Notes under the pieces: generated by a model
What the model was told of the DNA's origin: nothing
What the model saw: only the letters and a program-made list of their open reading frames with translations
Database searches by the model: none
Shown here: piece after piece, positions 1 to 12,298 of the stretch
Position numbering within the stretch: the first letter of the stretch is position 1
How the letters are laid out: every line of letters begins with the position of its first letter
DNA from: Comamonas sp. lk
Lineage (GTDB): Bacteria > Pseudomonadota > Gammaproteobacteria > Burkholderiales > Burkholderiaceae_C
Reading direction: 5' to 3'
Length of the DNA: 64,000 bases
NCBI GenBank assembly: GCA_945861345.1
Contig: CAMATX010000003.1
Span: 2,782 to 66,781 of the forward strand
Program-made: the position numbers and the translations under genes

Positions 1-2781
<2,781 letters not shown>

Positions 2782-2888
2782 TTCTTACTCCAATATTCTC
2801 AAACTAGTGTCCGCGTGCGCGCCGGGCGCTCAGCACCCGTCATTTTCGCCGCTTTTGGGGCATTTTTGGCTCCAAACCGAGATTTCTG

Positions 2889-4298
2889 TCACCCTTTGAG
2901 GGTTTGCTCGAGCACGTGCAGCTGCTGGTTGAGCTCGGTGGCCTGCTGGCGCTCCTGGCCGATCTTGCGCACCGCGTGCAAAACCGTGGTGTGGTCGCGC
3001 CCGCCAAAGAGCTCGCCGATCTCGGGCAGGCTTTTTTGGGTCAGCTCTTTGGCCAGGTACATGGCAATTTGGCGTGGCCGGGCGATGCTGGCCGGGCGCT
3101 TCTTGGAATACATGTCGGCGACCTTGATTTTGTAGTAATCGGCCACCGTTTTTTGGATGTTTTCCACAGAGATCTGCCGGTTTTGAATCGACAGCAGGTC
3201 GCGCAGGGCTTCGCGGGCCAAAAGAATGGAGATGTCCTTTTGGTTAAAGCGGGAATAGGCCAGGCATTTGCGTAGCGCCCCTTCGAGCTCGCGCACGTTG
3301 GAGCGCACGTTTTTGGCGATAAAAAAGGCCACTTCCTCGGGCATGTCCGCGCCCTCGGCGCGCGCTTTGTTGATCAAAATGGCCACCCGCATCTCCAATT
3401 CGGGCGGCTCGATAGCCACCGTCAGACCCGAATCGAAGCGCGAAACCAGGCGCTCGTGGATATCGGTGAGGCCCTTGGGGTAGGTGTCGCTGGTCATCAC
3501 GATGTGCGACTTTTTGGCCAAAAGCGCCTCAAAAGCGTTGAAAAATTCTTCCTGCGTGCGCTCTTTATTGGCAAAAAACTGGACGTCGTCGATCAAAAGC
3601 AGGTCCAGCGAGTGGTATTTGTCCTTGAATTCGTCAAAGGTTTTGCGCTGGTAGGACTTGACCACGTCCGACACAAACTGCTCGGCGTGGATGTACAGCA
3701 CCTTGGCCATGGGCCGGTCGGCCAACAGCCGATTGCCTGCGGCGTGCATCAAATGGGTCTTGCCCAAACCCACGCCACCATAGATAAACAAGGGGTTATA
3801 GAGGTGTCCGGGAGTGGTGGCCACGTGCATGGCGGCGGCGCGGGCCATGCGGTTGGCGCTGCCTTCGACCAGGCTGTCAAAGTTGAGCATGCTGTTGAGG
3901 CGGCTCTTGGGCGCTTCGGGCGCGCTGGCCGGGGCCGGGGCGCTGCCCGGTGCGCCCTGTTCGCGCGCCCCTAGCGAAGGTGCCGCCGTGCGCACCTGCG
4001 CCTCGCGGGGGCTGATGGCCAGCTCCAGCTGCACCGGCTGGCCGCACAGGCGCTCCAAAATCGCCTGGATGGGCGCGCTGTACTGGGCGCGCACCCAGTC
4101 GAGCTTGAAGCGGTTGGCCACCATGATGGTTAGCTTGCTGAAGTCTTCGGCGACCTGGGCGGTCAGCGGCTTGATCCAGGTGTTGAACTGCTGCTCAGGC
4201 AAGTCCTGGGCCAGCTGCTCCAGACACGATTGCCACAAAGCCTGGCCGGCGTGGTCAGCGTCCAAAGGTGCGCCAAAGGGGGTGAATTCGTCGGTCAT
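2889..4298 (-). CDS. dnaA: Chromosomal replication initiator DnaA
   Basis: 469 aa with Walker [14 protein letters not shown], an AAA+ core, and the C-terminal DNA-binding signature [15 protein letters not shown]. Confidence 0.97.
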   Translation of the reverse strand: MTDEFTPFGAPLDADHAGQALWQSCLEQLAQDLPEQQFNTWIKPLTAQVAEDFSKLTIMVANRFKLDWVRAQYSAPIQAILERLCGQPVQLELAISPREAQVRTAAPSLGAREQGAPGSAPAPASAPEAPKSRLNSMLNFDSLVEGSANRMARAAAMHVATTPGHLYNPLFIYGGVGLGKTHLMHAAGNRLLADRPMAKVLYIHAEQFVSDVVKSYQRKTFDEFKDKYHSLDLLLIDDVQFFANKERTQEEFFNAFEALLAKKSHIVMTSDTYPKGLTDIHERLVSRFDSGLTVAIEPPELEMRVAILINKARAEGADMPEEVAFFIAKNVRSNVRELEGALRKCLAYSRFNQKDISILLAREALRDLLSIQNRQISVENIQKTVADYYKIKVADMYSKKRPASIARPRQIAMYLAKELTQKSLPEIGELFGGRDHTTVLHAVRKIGQERQQATELNQQLHVLEQTLKG

Positions 4299-4312
4299 GG
4301 GCGCATGCTATC

Positions 4313-4321
4313 TGTGGATAA
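4313..4321. promoter_or_regulatory. DnaA box (TGTGGATAA, perfect complement of TTATCCACA)
   Basis: Exact 9-mer read 15 nt upstream of the dnaA start codon. Confidence 0.8.
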
Positions 4322-4361
4322 ATAAGAAAAACCAGCTTGTCTCGAATAATTTATCAAACAC

Positions 4362-4370
4362 TTATCCACA
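4362..4370. promoter_or_regulatory. DnaA box (TTATCCACA, perfect)
   Basis: Exact 9-mer, inverted relative to the box at 4313-4321. The two are separated by an AT-rich spacer. Confidence 0.8.
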
Positions 4371-4580
4371 GAAGCCTGGGGTGTCTGGCGGGGGCGCAAT
4401 AGTAACCGGATTTGGGCCGTCTGGCGGACTATTGTTGCGTCTTTGCGGGCAGTGCAGGGGCGGGCAGTGCGGGGCGCCGACCCCCCGAGGCATCCGCTCT
4501 ATTGTGGGAGCCGCCAAAATTTGCGATAATGTAAGGCTTTCCCCCAAACAATGGGGGTGTTTATCTGACGGACATTGACC

Positions 4581-4715
4581 ATGAAACGCACTTACCAACC
4601 TTCGAAAATCCGCCGTGCACGCACCCACGGATTCCTGGTTCGCATGAAAACCCGTGGCGGCCGCGCCGTCATCAACGCACGCCGCGCCAAAGGCCGCAAG
4701 CGCCTGGCCGTCTGA
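4581..4715 (+). CDS. rpmH: 50S ribosomal protein L34
   Basis: My translation is [44 protein letters not shown] (44 aa). It is below the ORF-track size cutoff and sits in the classic position upstream of rnpA. Confidence 0.96.
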   Translation: MKRTYQPSKIRRARTHGFLVRMKTRGGRAVINARRAKGRKRLAV

Positions 4716-4744
4716 ACGGCGCCTGCCAAGGCACCGGCCTGACA

Positions 4745-5179
4745 GTGCAAGGACTGCGCACCCGCGCCCAGTTCCAGGCTGCACTGGCAGGTACTGTGCA
4801 GGCCAAAAGCGCACACTTTGTCCTGCACTTTTGTCGTTTTGATGCCCCAGCTGCACGCCCACTGGCCAGTGCCGCAGATGCTGCGGGGGCATTTGCCAGA
4901 GGTTTTGTGCTGGAGCAGCCCGCCATGGGCGCCATGGTGCCCAAGCGCTGGGCCAAGCGGGCCGTGACCCGTAACACCATCAAACGCCAGATTTACCACG
5001 TGAGCCAACTCTTCGAAAACCGCCTTCTTGCCGGCGCCCACCTGGTGCGTTTGCGCAGTGCATTTGACCCGGCGCAGTTTCGCAGCGCTAGCTCGGTACA
5101 ACTCAAGGCCGCTGTGCGCGGCGAACTCCTCACTTTATTTGAGCGCGCCGCCCAAGCCGTGGCCACCCCCGCGCCATGA
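4745..5179 (+). CDS. rnpA: Ribonuclease P protein component
   Basis: 144 aa basic protein with a GTG start, lying between rpmH and yidD. It overlaps the yidD start by 4 nt. The exact start is uncertain. Confidence 0.85.
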   Translation: MQGLRTRAQFQAALAGTVQAKSAHFVLHFCRFDAPAARPLASAADAAGAFARGFVLEQPAMGAMVPKRWAKRAVTRNTIKRQIYHVSQLFENRLLAGAHLVRLRSAFDPAQFRSASSVQLKAAVRGELLTLFERAAQAVATPAP

Positions 5180-5451
5180 TCCAGGCCTTGTTGATCGGCC
5201 TGGTCAAGGCCTACCGCCTCTTGCTCAGCCCCTGGCTGGGTAGCGCGTGCCGCTTTGAGCCGACTTGCTCGGTATACGCTTTGGGGGCTTTGCAAGCGCA
5301 TGGCGCGGCCGCTGGCAGCTATTTGGTAGTGTCGCGCCTGGTCCGCTGCCACCCCTGGTGCGCTGGCGGCGCAGACCCCGTGCCACAGGACAAACCACGG
5401 CTGTTTAGCCGCCTTATTTCTCCCTCTTCTTCTGAAAAGAAAGCTTCATGA
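5176..5451 (+). CDS. yidD: Membrane protein insertion efficiency factor YidD
   Basis: 91 aa with LLIGLVKAYRLLLSPWLGSACRFEPTCSVYALGALQAHG, the YidD signature. It sits between rnpA and yidC. Confidence 0.9.
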   Translation: MIQALLIGLVKAYRLLLSPWLGSACRFEPTCSVYALGALQAHGAAAGSYLVVSRLVRCHPWCAGGADPVPQDKPRLFSRLISPSSSEKKAS

Positions 5452-7175
5452 ACGATATCCGTCGCACTTTTTTGTGGGTGATTTTTGGTTTTTCCATGGT
5501 GCTGCTGTGGGACAAATGGCAGATCCACAACGGCAACAAGCCAACTTTCTTTCCCAGCCCCCCCGGCGAAGTGAGCACGGCGCCGCCCGCAGCGGCCAAA
5601 GCAGCCTCGGATGCGAGCGTTCCGGGCGCCACACCGATTGCCAGCGCTGCGCCAGCTCTGGCAGCAGCCGCTCCCGATACAGCGGGCAGTGCGGCGCCTG
5701 CGCGCGGCGAACGCATCAGCGTGCGCACTGACGTGCTGGCGCTGGAATTTGACACCCTGGGCGGCACACTGGTGGGCTCGCAGTTCCTGAAGTACGGCGA
5801 TACGGTCGATAAATCCAAGCAATTTGTGCTGCTCGATGACAGCAAAGACCGCCTGTATCTGGCGCAATCGGGCGTGGTGGCAGGGGCGGTGCCGGGCAAT
5901 TTCCCGACGCACAAAACGCCCATGGCTTTTTCGGGCGCAACGACGCTCCAAGACGGACAAGATAGTCTGGAGCTGCGCTTTAGCTCGCCTGCGGTGGGTG
6001 GTATCAGCCTGGTCAAAACCTATACCTTGCACCGCGGCTCCTACGCCATTGGCGTGCGCCACACCCTGAGCAACCACCTGGACGCCGCCGTAGCGCCGCA
6101 GCTGTATTTGCAGCTGATGCGCGATGGCAACAAGCCGGTTGGGGAGTCAGCGTTTTATTCGACCTTTACCGGCCCGGCGGTTTATACCGATGCCAAAAAA
6201 TACCAGAAGGTCGAGTTCGCCGACATCAAAAAGAAAAAGGCCGACTATGAGAAGCAGGCCAGCAACGGCTACATCGCGATGGTGCAGCACTACTTTGCCA
6301 GCGCCTGGGTGCTGCCCGACGGCCTAGCGCGCAGCATTTCGCTGGACCACATCGATATGCCTGGCGCATTGGCCGATTGCTGCTACCGCGCCGCCATGGT
6401 GGCGCCGGTGGCTGCGATTGCGCCGGGCGCCAGCGCCAACATCGAGGCCACGCTGTTTGTGGGCCCTCAGGAAGAAAAAATGCTTGAGGCGCTCGCCCCT
6501 GGCCTGGAGTTGCTCAAGGACTATGGCTGGCTGACGATTTTGGCCAAGCCTTTGTACTGGCTGCTTGACGAGTTGCACCGGGTGATTCAGAACTGGGGCT
6601 GGTCCATCGTCGCGCTGGTGCTCTTGCTGAAGATTGCGTTTTACTGGCTCAACGCCAAGGCGTACTCCAGCATGGCCAAGATGAAGGCGGTTAACCCCAA
6701 GATCATGGAAATGCGCGAGCGCCTCAAAGACAACCCGCAGCAAATGCAGCAAGAGATGATGCGCATTTACCGCGAAGAGAAGGTCAACCCCATGGGCGGT
6801 TGCTTCCCGATCATGGTGCAAATCCCGGTATTTATCGCGCTGTACTGGGTGCTTTTGTCCACGGTCGAGATGCGCAACGCACCCTGGATGGGCTGGATTC
6901 ATGACTTGTCGGCCCCCGATCCGTATTTCATCCTGCCCGTGGTAATGACGCTGACCACGCTCTTGCAGACGGCCCTGAACCCCGCCCCGCCGGACCCGAT
7001 GCAGGCCAAGCTGATGTGGTTCATGCCGCTGGCCTTTAGTGTGATGTTCTTCTTTTTCCCCTCGGGCTTGGTGGTGTACTGGATTACCAACAACATCTTG
7101 TCGATTGCGCAGCAGTGGCTCATCAACACGCGCATGGGTGTGCCGCCGCAGTTCAATTTGCCCAAGTTCAATTAA
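5448..7175 (+). CDS. yidC: Membrane protein insertase YidC
   Basis: 575 aa with an N-terminal TM segment, a large periplasmic domain, and the conserved C-terminal 60-kDa insertase core (MRIYREEKVNPMGGCFPIMVQIPVFIALYWVL). Confidence 0.95.
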   Translation: MNDIRRTFLWVIFGFSMVLLWDKWQIHNGNKPTFFPSPPGEVSTAPPAAAKAASDASVPGATPIASAAPALAAAAPDTAGSAAPARGERISVRTDVLALEFDTLGGTLVGSQFLKYGDTVDKSKQFVLLDDSKDRLYLAQSGVVAGAVPGNFPTHKTPMAFSGATTLQDGQDSLELRFSSPAVGGISLVKTYTLHRGSYAIGVRHTLSNHLDAAVAPQLYLQLMRDGNKPVGESAFYSTFTGPAVYTDAKKYQKVEFADIKKKKADYEKQASNGYIAMVQHYFASAWVLPDGLARSISLDHIDMPGALADCCYRAAMVAPVAAIAPGASANIEATLFVGPQEEKMLEALAPGLELLKDYGWLTILAKPLYWLLDELHRVIQNWGWSIVALVLLLKIAFYWLNAKAYSSMAKMKAVNPKIMEMRERLKDNPQQMQQEMMRIYREEKVNPMGGCFPIMVQIPVFIALYWVLLSTVEMRNAPWMGWIHDLSAPDPYFILPVVMTLTTLLQTALNPAPPDPMQAKLMWFMPLAFSVMFFFFPSGLVVYWITNNILSIAQQWLINTRMGVPPQFNLPKFN

Positions 7176-8576
7176 GTGCTTGCCCGCCACCACGACCCGA
7201 TCCTGGCCATCGCGACGGCCAGTGGGCGGGCTGCGGTGGGTATCGTGCGGGTCAGCGGACGCGACCTGCGCCCGCTGGTGCAGGCCTTGTTTGGCAACAG
7301 CCTGACGCCACGCCAAGCGCATTACCTGCCGTTTACCGACGCCCGGGGCCAGCATCTGGACCAGGGGCTGGCGCTGTATTTCCCCGCACCGCACTCGTTT
7401 ACCGGCGAAGACGTGCTCGAGCTGCAAGCGCACGGTGGACCGGTGGTGTTGCAGCTTTTGCTGGCGCGCTGCCTGGAAGTGGCACAAACCCTGGGCGCAG
7501 ACGGCCAGCCCTGCCTGCCCCGGCTGCGCTTGGCGCAAGCGGGCGAATTTAGCGAACGCGCTTTTCTGAACGACAAAATCGACCTGGTGCAGGCCGAGGC
7601 GATTGCCGACCTGATCGACGCCAGCACCGAAGCGGCCGCACGCAGCGCGGTGCGCTCTTTGGCCGGCGACTTCTCGCGCGAAGTGGACCAGCTGCGCGAC
7701 GCGCTGGTGCGCCTGCGCCTGCTGGTGGAAGCCACACTGGACTTTCCCGAAGAAGAAATTGATTTTTTGCGCAAGGCCGACGCCCAAGGCCAGCTGCAAG
7801 CTTTGCATGGCGCGGTAGCGCGGGTGCTGGGCGCAGCGCGCCAGGGCGCTTTGCTGCGTGACGGCATCCGCGTGGTGATCGCCGGGCAGCCCAATGCGGG
7901 CAAGTCCTCCTTGCTCAATGCCCTGGCCGGGGCCGAGCGGGCCATCGTTACGCCCATCGCCGGCACCACGCGTGACAAGGTGCAAGAGACCCTCCAAATC
8001 GAGGGCGTGCCGGTGCACATCATCGACACGGCCGGGCTGCGCGAGGGCGCGGACACGGTGGAGGCCATCGGTATTGCGCGCGCTTGGGAGGCGATTGCCG
8101 ATGCCGATGCGGTGCTGTTTTTGCACGACCTGACACGCGCCGACACGCCCGACTACGCCGCCGCCGACGCGCACATCGCCGCGCTGCTCGCGCAGACGGT
8201 CGCGCACTCCGTGCCGGTACTTGATGTCTGGAACAAATGTGACGCAGCGCCCGACAATGAACGCGCAGGCCTGCTGCTGTCTGCCAAAACCGGCACCGGC
8301 CTGGACGCACTGCGCCAAGCGCTGCTTCAATGCGCTGGTTGGCACGGCGGCACCGAGGCTGTCTCCATGGCGCGGGCGCGCCATGTGCAGGCGCTGGCCC
8401 AGGTCGATGCGCACTTGCACCTGGCGCACACGCACCTGCAAGCGCAGGCCCAGGCGCTCGACTTGCTGGCCGAGGAACTGCGCCTGGCGCAAAACGCCCT
8501 CAACGAGATTACCGGCGTGTTCAGCGCCGACGACTTGCTGGGCGTGATCTTCTCCAGCTTTTGCATCGGCAAGTAA
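7176..8576 (+). CDS. mnmE: tRNA modification GTPase MnmE
   Basis: 466 aa with a GTG start directly after the yidC stop. It has G-domain motifs ([20 protein letters not shown]) and the C-terminal FCIGK tetrapeptide. Confidence 0.95.
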   Translation: MLARHHDPILAIATASGRAAVGIVRVSGRDLRPLVQALFGNSLTPRQAHYLPFTDARGQHLDQGLALYFPAPHSFTGEDVLELQAHGGPVVLQLLLARCLEVAQTLGADGQPCLPRLRLAQAGEFSERAFLNDKIDLVQAEAIADLIDASTEAAARSAVRSLAGDFSREVDQLRDALVRLRLLVEATLDFPEEEIDFLRKADAQGQLQALHGAVARVLGAARQGALLRDGIRVVIAGQPNAGKSSLLNALAGAERAIVTPIAGTTRDKVQETLQIEGVPVHIIDTAGLREGADTVEAIGIARAWEAIADADAVLFLHDLTRADTPDYAAADAHIAALLAQTVAHSVPVLDVWNKCDAAPDNERAGLLLSAKTGTGLDALRQALLQCAGWHGGTEAVSMARARHVQALAQVDAHLHLAHTHLQAQAQALDLLAEELRLAQNALNEITGVFSADDLLGVIFSSFCIGK

Positions 8577-8615
8577 TCTTTCAGCCACTGGCCGCGCTGT
8601 CTCTAAAATGCCCTG

Positions 8616-9629
8616 ATGCCTGCAGCCAGCAACCCCGCCCACCCGCCTTTGTCCGCCGATGCGCTGGCGCATGCGGTGGCGCTGGCGCACACCACCTTTG
8701 ATATCGAGGCGGCCGCCATCCTGGGCCTCAAAGCCCAACTGGGCGCAGCCTTTGGTCAAGCGGTGCAACTGCTGCTGGCCACCCGGGGCCGCGTAGTGGT
8801 GATGGGCATGGGCAAGAGCGGACATATCGGGCGCAAGATTGCCGCCACCTTGGCATCGACCGGCACACCCGCGCTGTTTGTCCACCCCGCCGAGGCCAGC
8901 CACGGCGACCTGGGTATGGTCACGGCGCACGATGCGGTGCTGATGATTTCCAACAGCGGCGAGTCCGACGAGATCAACACCTTGGTGCCCGTGCTCAAGC
9001 GCCTGGGCGCACCGCTGATTGCCATGACGAGCAATGGCAGCTCCAGCATGGCGCAGTACGCCGACCTGTGGCTCAACACCGCTGTAGAAAAAGAAGCCTG
9101 CCCGCTCAATCTGGCCCCCACGGCCAGTACCACGGCGCAGCTGGCCATGGGCGACGCGCTGGCGGTCGCCTTGCTGGACGCACGCGGCTTTGGCCATGAC
9201 GACTTCGCCCGATCGCACCCCGGCGGCGCGCTGGGCCGGCGCTTGCTCACGCACATCAGCGATGTGATGCGCAGCGGCGCAGACCTGCCGATGGTCGCGC
9301 CCGAGGCCGACTTCAGCACCTTGATGCGCGAGATGAGCGCCAAAGGCCTGGGCGCGACAGCCATCGTGGACGAGGCGCAGCAGGTGCTGGGCATATTTAC
9401 CGATGGCGACTTGCGCCGCCTGCTCGAAGCGGGCACCGACGTGCGCAGCAAATGCGCGCGCGATGTCATGCGCCCCTTGCCCGCCACGATGGTGCATACG
9501 GCGCTGGCGGTCGACGCCGTGGCGCTGATGGAGAGCCGGCGCATCACCAGCGTGCTGGTGGTCGACGAGAGCGGGCGGCTGTGCGGCGCCGTCAACTCCA
9601 ATGACTTGCTGCGCGCCAAGGTGATTTGA
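8616..9629 (+). CDS. kdsD: Arabinose-5-phosphate isomerase (SIS + tandem CBS domains)
   Basis: 337 aa with SIS motif VVVMGMGKSGHIGRKIAATLASTGTPA and CBS pairs at the C-terminus. It is followed by kdsC and lptC. Confidence 0.9.
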   Translation: MPAASNPAHPPLSADALAHAVALAHTTFDIEAAAILGLKAQLGAAFGQAVQLLLATRGRVVVMGMGKSGHIGRKIAATLASTGTPALFVHPAEASHGDLGMVTAHDAVLMISNSGESDEINTLVPVLKRLGAPLIAMTSNGSSSMAQYADLWLNTAVEKEACPLNLAPTASTTAQLAMGDALAVALLDARGFGHDDFARSHPGGALGRRLLTHISDVMRSGADLPMVAPEADFSTLMREMSAKGLGATAIVDEAQQVLGIFTDGDLRRLLEAGTDVRSKCARDVMRPLPATMVHTALAVDAVALMESRRITSVLVVDESGRLCGAVNSNDLLRAKVI

Positions 9630-10186
9630 TGCGCTCAACAACGGCGCCTGCCTTTGCTTTTGCCCCCGCGCTGCTGACGCGCGCGCGTCCGGTGCGCGTG
9701 GTCTTCTTCGATGTCGATGGCGTGCTAACCGACGGCGGCCTGTTTTTCTCGGAAGCGGGCGAGGCGCTCAAGCGCTTTAACACCCTGGACGGCCACGGCC
9801 TGAAGATGCTGCAACAAGCAGGCATCACGCCCGCCGTGATTACCGGGCGCGACTCTGCGCCGCTGCGCGCACGCCTGCAGGCCCTGGGCATCACGCATGC
9901 GCATTACGGCACCGAAGACAAACGCCCTGCGGCCGAGCAAACCCTGGCCAGTTTGGGCTTGGACTGGAGCGCCGCCGCCGCCATGGGCGACGACTGGCCC
10001 GACCTGCCGATGATGCGCCCCGCGGCCCTGGCCTGCGCACCCTGCAATGCACACGCCGAGGTGCTGGCGCACGCACACCACATCACCCGCGCCCAAGGCG
10101 GCCACGGCGCGGTGCGCGAACTGTGCGACTTGCTACTCCAAGCCAGCGGCCACTACCCAGGCCTGCTGGCGGCCTACTGCGCGTGA
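9626..10186 (+). CDS. kdsC: KDO-8-phosphate phosphatase (HAD superfamily)
   Basis: 186 aa with HAD motif I FFDVDGVLTDG and a GDDWPDLP motif. It has a 4-nt overlap with kdsD. Confidence 0.85.
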   Translation: MMRSTTAPAFAFAPALLTRARPVRVVFFDVDGVLTDGGLFFSEAGEALKRFNTLDGHGLKMLQQAGITPAVITGRDSAPLRARLQALGITHAHYGTEDKRPAAEQTLASLGLDWSAAAAMGDDWPDLPMMRPAALACAPCNAHAEVLAHAHHITRAQGGHGAVRELCDLLLQASGHYPGLLAAYCA

Positions 10187-10782
10187 ACCGCCTCGTCCAG
10201 TTGCTGTGGGACCGTTTTTTGCTGTCCTTGCCGTTGGCATTGATGGGCTTTTTGGCGCTGCTGAGCTACTGGATGGTGCGCACGGCGCCCGAGCCGGTCC
10301 GCGCGGTGCAGGCAGCGGCAAATGAGCAAGGCCCGGATTACCGGATGCAAGACTTTGCGGTGGCGCGCTTTGACGCCCAAGGCCAGCTGGTGGCCTTGGT
10401 ACAGGGCAAAGAAGCGCGGCATTTTGCCCAAGGCGCCTGGACGGAAATGGACAACATTGCTTTGCACATGGTCGATGGGCAAGGACGCGTCAGCACCGCC
10501 AGCGCCAAACTGGGGCGCAGCAATGGCGACGCCAGCGAAATCCAGTTGTTAGGCCAAGCGCAATGGCTGCGCAGCGCGGCACCGCGCATCGAATTTGCCG
10601 GGGAGTTTTTGCAAATCAGCAGCAAACCCGAGCGCATCAGCTCGCACCTGCCAGTGCAGTTGGGCTACGGTGGCCATACTTTTTCCGCCGGCCGGCTGGA
10701 CTATGCCAACGCGACCCAGGTACTGCAGCTCGATGGCCGCGTGCGCGCCAACTTGCAGGGTAAGCCTGGGCCACAACCATGA
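10183..10782 (+). CDS. lptC: LPS export system protein LptC
   Basis: The in-frame GTG at 10183 overlaps the kdsC stop (GTGA). The N-terminus has a single TM segment (LLSLPLALMGFLALLSYWMV) followed by the PDYRMQDF region typical of LptC. The ORF-track start at 10123 would overlap kdsC. Confidence 0.75.
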   Translation: MNRLVQLLWDRFLLSLPLALMGFLALLSYWMVRTAPEPVRAVQAAANEQGPDYRMQDFAVARFDAQGQLVALVQGKEARHFAQGAWTEMDNIALHMVDGQGRVSTASAKLGRSNGDASEIQLLGQAQWLRSAAPRIEFAGEFLQISSKPERISSHLPVQLGYGGHTFSAGRLDYANATQVLQLDGRVRANLQGKPGPQP

Positions 10783-11582
10783 CGCATAAGCCTTTGGTGT
10801 TTATCACCGGCGCCTCCAGCGGCATCGGGCAAGCCCTGGCTGCGCGCTACCACCGGGCTGGATACCGCCTGGCCTTGTGCGCCCGGCGCGGCCCGCAGAT
10901 GCAGGAATGGGCGCAATCACTCCATTTGCCGGCCACCGACTATGCGGTCTATCCCGCCGATGTGGCCGATACCAACAGCATCGTGGCCGCCGCCCAAGCC
11001 TGCATGGCCAGCCAAGGCTTGCCCGATGTGGTGATCGCCAACGCCGGCATCAGCCTGGGCATTGACAGCGCCTACCGCGAAGACCTGGACGCGATGGCCC
11101 AGGTGTTTGCCACCAATAATTTGGGCTTGGCAGCCACTTTTCACCCTTTTATTGACGCCATGCGCACGCGCGGGCGCGGCCGCTTGGTCGGTATTGCCAG
11201 TGTGGCGGGCATCCGCGGCTTGCCAGGGCATGCCGCGTATTGCGCCAGCAAGGCGGCTGTCATCGCTTACTGCGAGTCCTTGCGCGGCGAGCTGCGTGCC
11301 AGTGGCGTGCAGGTGATAACGATTGCGCCCGGCTATATCGACACGCCCCTGACCCGCAAAAACCGCTATCCCATGCCGTTTTTGATGCCGGCCGATGTGT
11401 TTGCCGACAAAGCCTTTGCCAGCATCACGGCAGGCACGCGCTACCGGGTGATCCCTTGGCAAATGGGCTGGGTCGCACGCCTGATGCGCCTGATACCGGA
11501 TGCGCTGTGGGACCGCATCCTGGCCGGGCAACCGCGCAAACACCGCGCTGGCGCTGCACCTTCCGGTCCACAGCAGCCATGA
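10779..11582 (+). CDS. Short-chain dehydrogenase/reductase (SDR)
   Basis: 267 aa with the TGASSGIGQALA cofactor motif and YCASK catalytic motif. It overlaps the lptC stop (ATGA). Confidence 0.85.
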   Translation: MTHKPLVFITGASSGIGQALAARYHRAGYRLALCARRGPQMQEWAQSLHLPATDYAVYPADVADTNSIVAAAQACMASQGLPDVVIANAGISLGIDSAYREDLDAMAQVFATNNLGLAATFHPFIDAMRTRGRGRLVGIASVAGIRGLPGHAAYCASKAAVIAYCESLRGELRASGVQVITIAPGYIDTPLTRKNRYPMPFLMPADVFADKAFASITAGTRYRVIPWQMGWVARLMRLIPDALWDRILAGQPRKHRAGAAPSGPQQP

Positions 11583-11583
11583 A

Positions 11584-11605
11584 AAAAGGCCCCGAAGGGC
11601 CTTTT
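11584..11605. terminator. Bidirectional intrinsic terminator (AAAAGGCCC-CGAA-GGGCCTTTT)
   Basis: GC stem flanked by an A-run and a T-run, lying between the convergent SDR and RRM genes. Confidence 0.65.
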
Positions 11606-11625
11606 CATTGAAAGCTCAGCGCGAT

Positions 11626-12048
11626 TTAGTAACCGCCGCCGCCGCTTCGGCCACCGCCGTAACCGCCGCCACCGCCACCGCCGCTACGACCAGCGCCGCC
11701 GTAGCCACCGCCACCGCCGCCGCCACCGTAACCGCCGCCGCCACCGCTGCGACCAGCACCGCCACCAAAGCCGCCGCCACCCGTACGGGGGGGACGCGGC
11801 TCCATGGGACGCGCTTCGTTAACCACCAGACCACGGCCGCCAAATTGCTGGCCGTTCATTCCGCTGATTGCTGCTTGCGCTTCGGCATCGCTGCCCATTT
11901 CCACAAAGCCGAACCCTTTGGAACGACCGGTATCGCGCTCCATCATGACCTTGGCGCTTGTGACGGAACCGTGTGCGGAAAATGCCTGTTGCAGGTCTTC
12001 GTCACGGAAAGAATATGGCAGATTGCCAACGTAAAGTTTGTTGCCCAT
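11626..12048 (-). CDS. RRM-type glycine-rich RNA-binding protein
   Basis: Begins MGNKLYVGNLPYSFRDEDLQQAF (RNP2), has KGFGFVEM (RNP1), and ends in a ~55-aa Gly/Arg/Tyr tail. ATG at 12048 is preceded by GAGGAG. The track start at 12063 adds 5 unlikely codons. Confidence 0.9.
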   Translation of the reverse strand: MGNKLYVGNLPYSFRDEDLQQAFSAHGSVTSAKVMMERDTGRSKGFGFVEMGSDAEAQAAISGMNGQQFGGRGLVVNEARPMEPRPPRTGGGGFGGGAGRSGGGGGYGGGGGGGGYGGAGRSGGGGGGGYGGGRSGGGGY

Positions 12049-12298
12049 GAAAGGACTCCTCAAAAGAACTCAAAACGCGATGGAGTCCAAAACCGCAATC
12101 AACAAACCTAAATTTGACTTAGCGCAGACGCGAAACTGACCATTCACCGCAAACCTGCCCTGCCGAATTTCGGCAAAGCGATTTCATTATGCGCTATTTG
12201 CTCAGTTGGCAACTGTTTTTTTTAAAAACAAGGCCAAATTCGCATGAATTTAACGAATTTGTGCGATTTTTACCCCATTTAACGGCCAATATGGGGCA

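Noticed and set aside
6324-9641. 1105-aa ORF on the minus strand spanning yidC, mnmE and kdsD.
   Set aside because: It is antisense to three well-supported genes. Its composition is Arg/Ala/Gly/His-rich low complexity, typical of shadow frames in GC-rich DNA, and it has no recognisable motifs.
11626-11800. Tandem GGC/GGT/ACC-rich repeat tract that looks like a microsatellite or repeat array.
   Set aside because: It is the in-frame coding sequence of the Gly/Arg/Tyr tail of the RRM protein, not a non-coding repeat or CRISPR array.
12274-12297. CCCCAT-N12-ATGGGG hairpin just after the amtB stop, considered as a terminator.
   Set aside because: On the amtB strand it is not followed by a U-run, so the evidence is insufficient.
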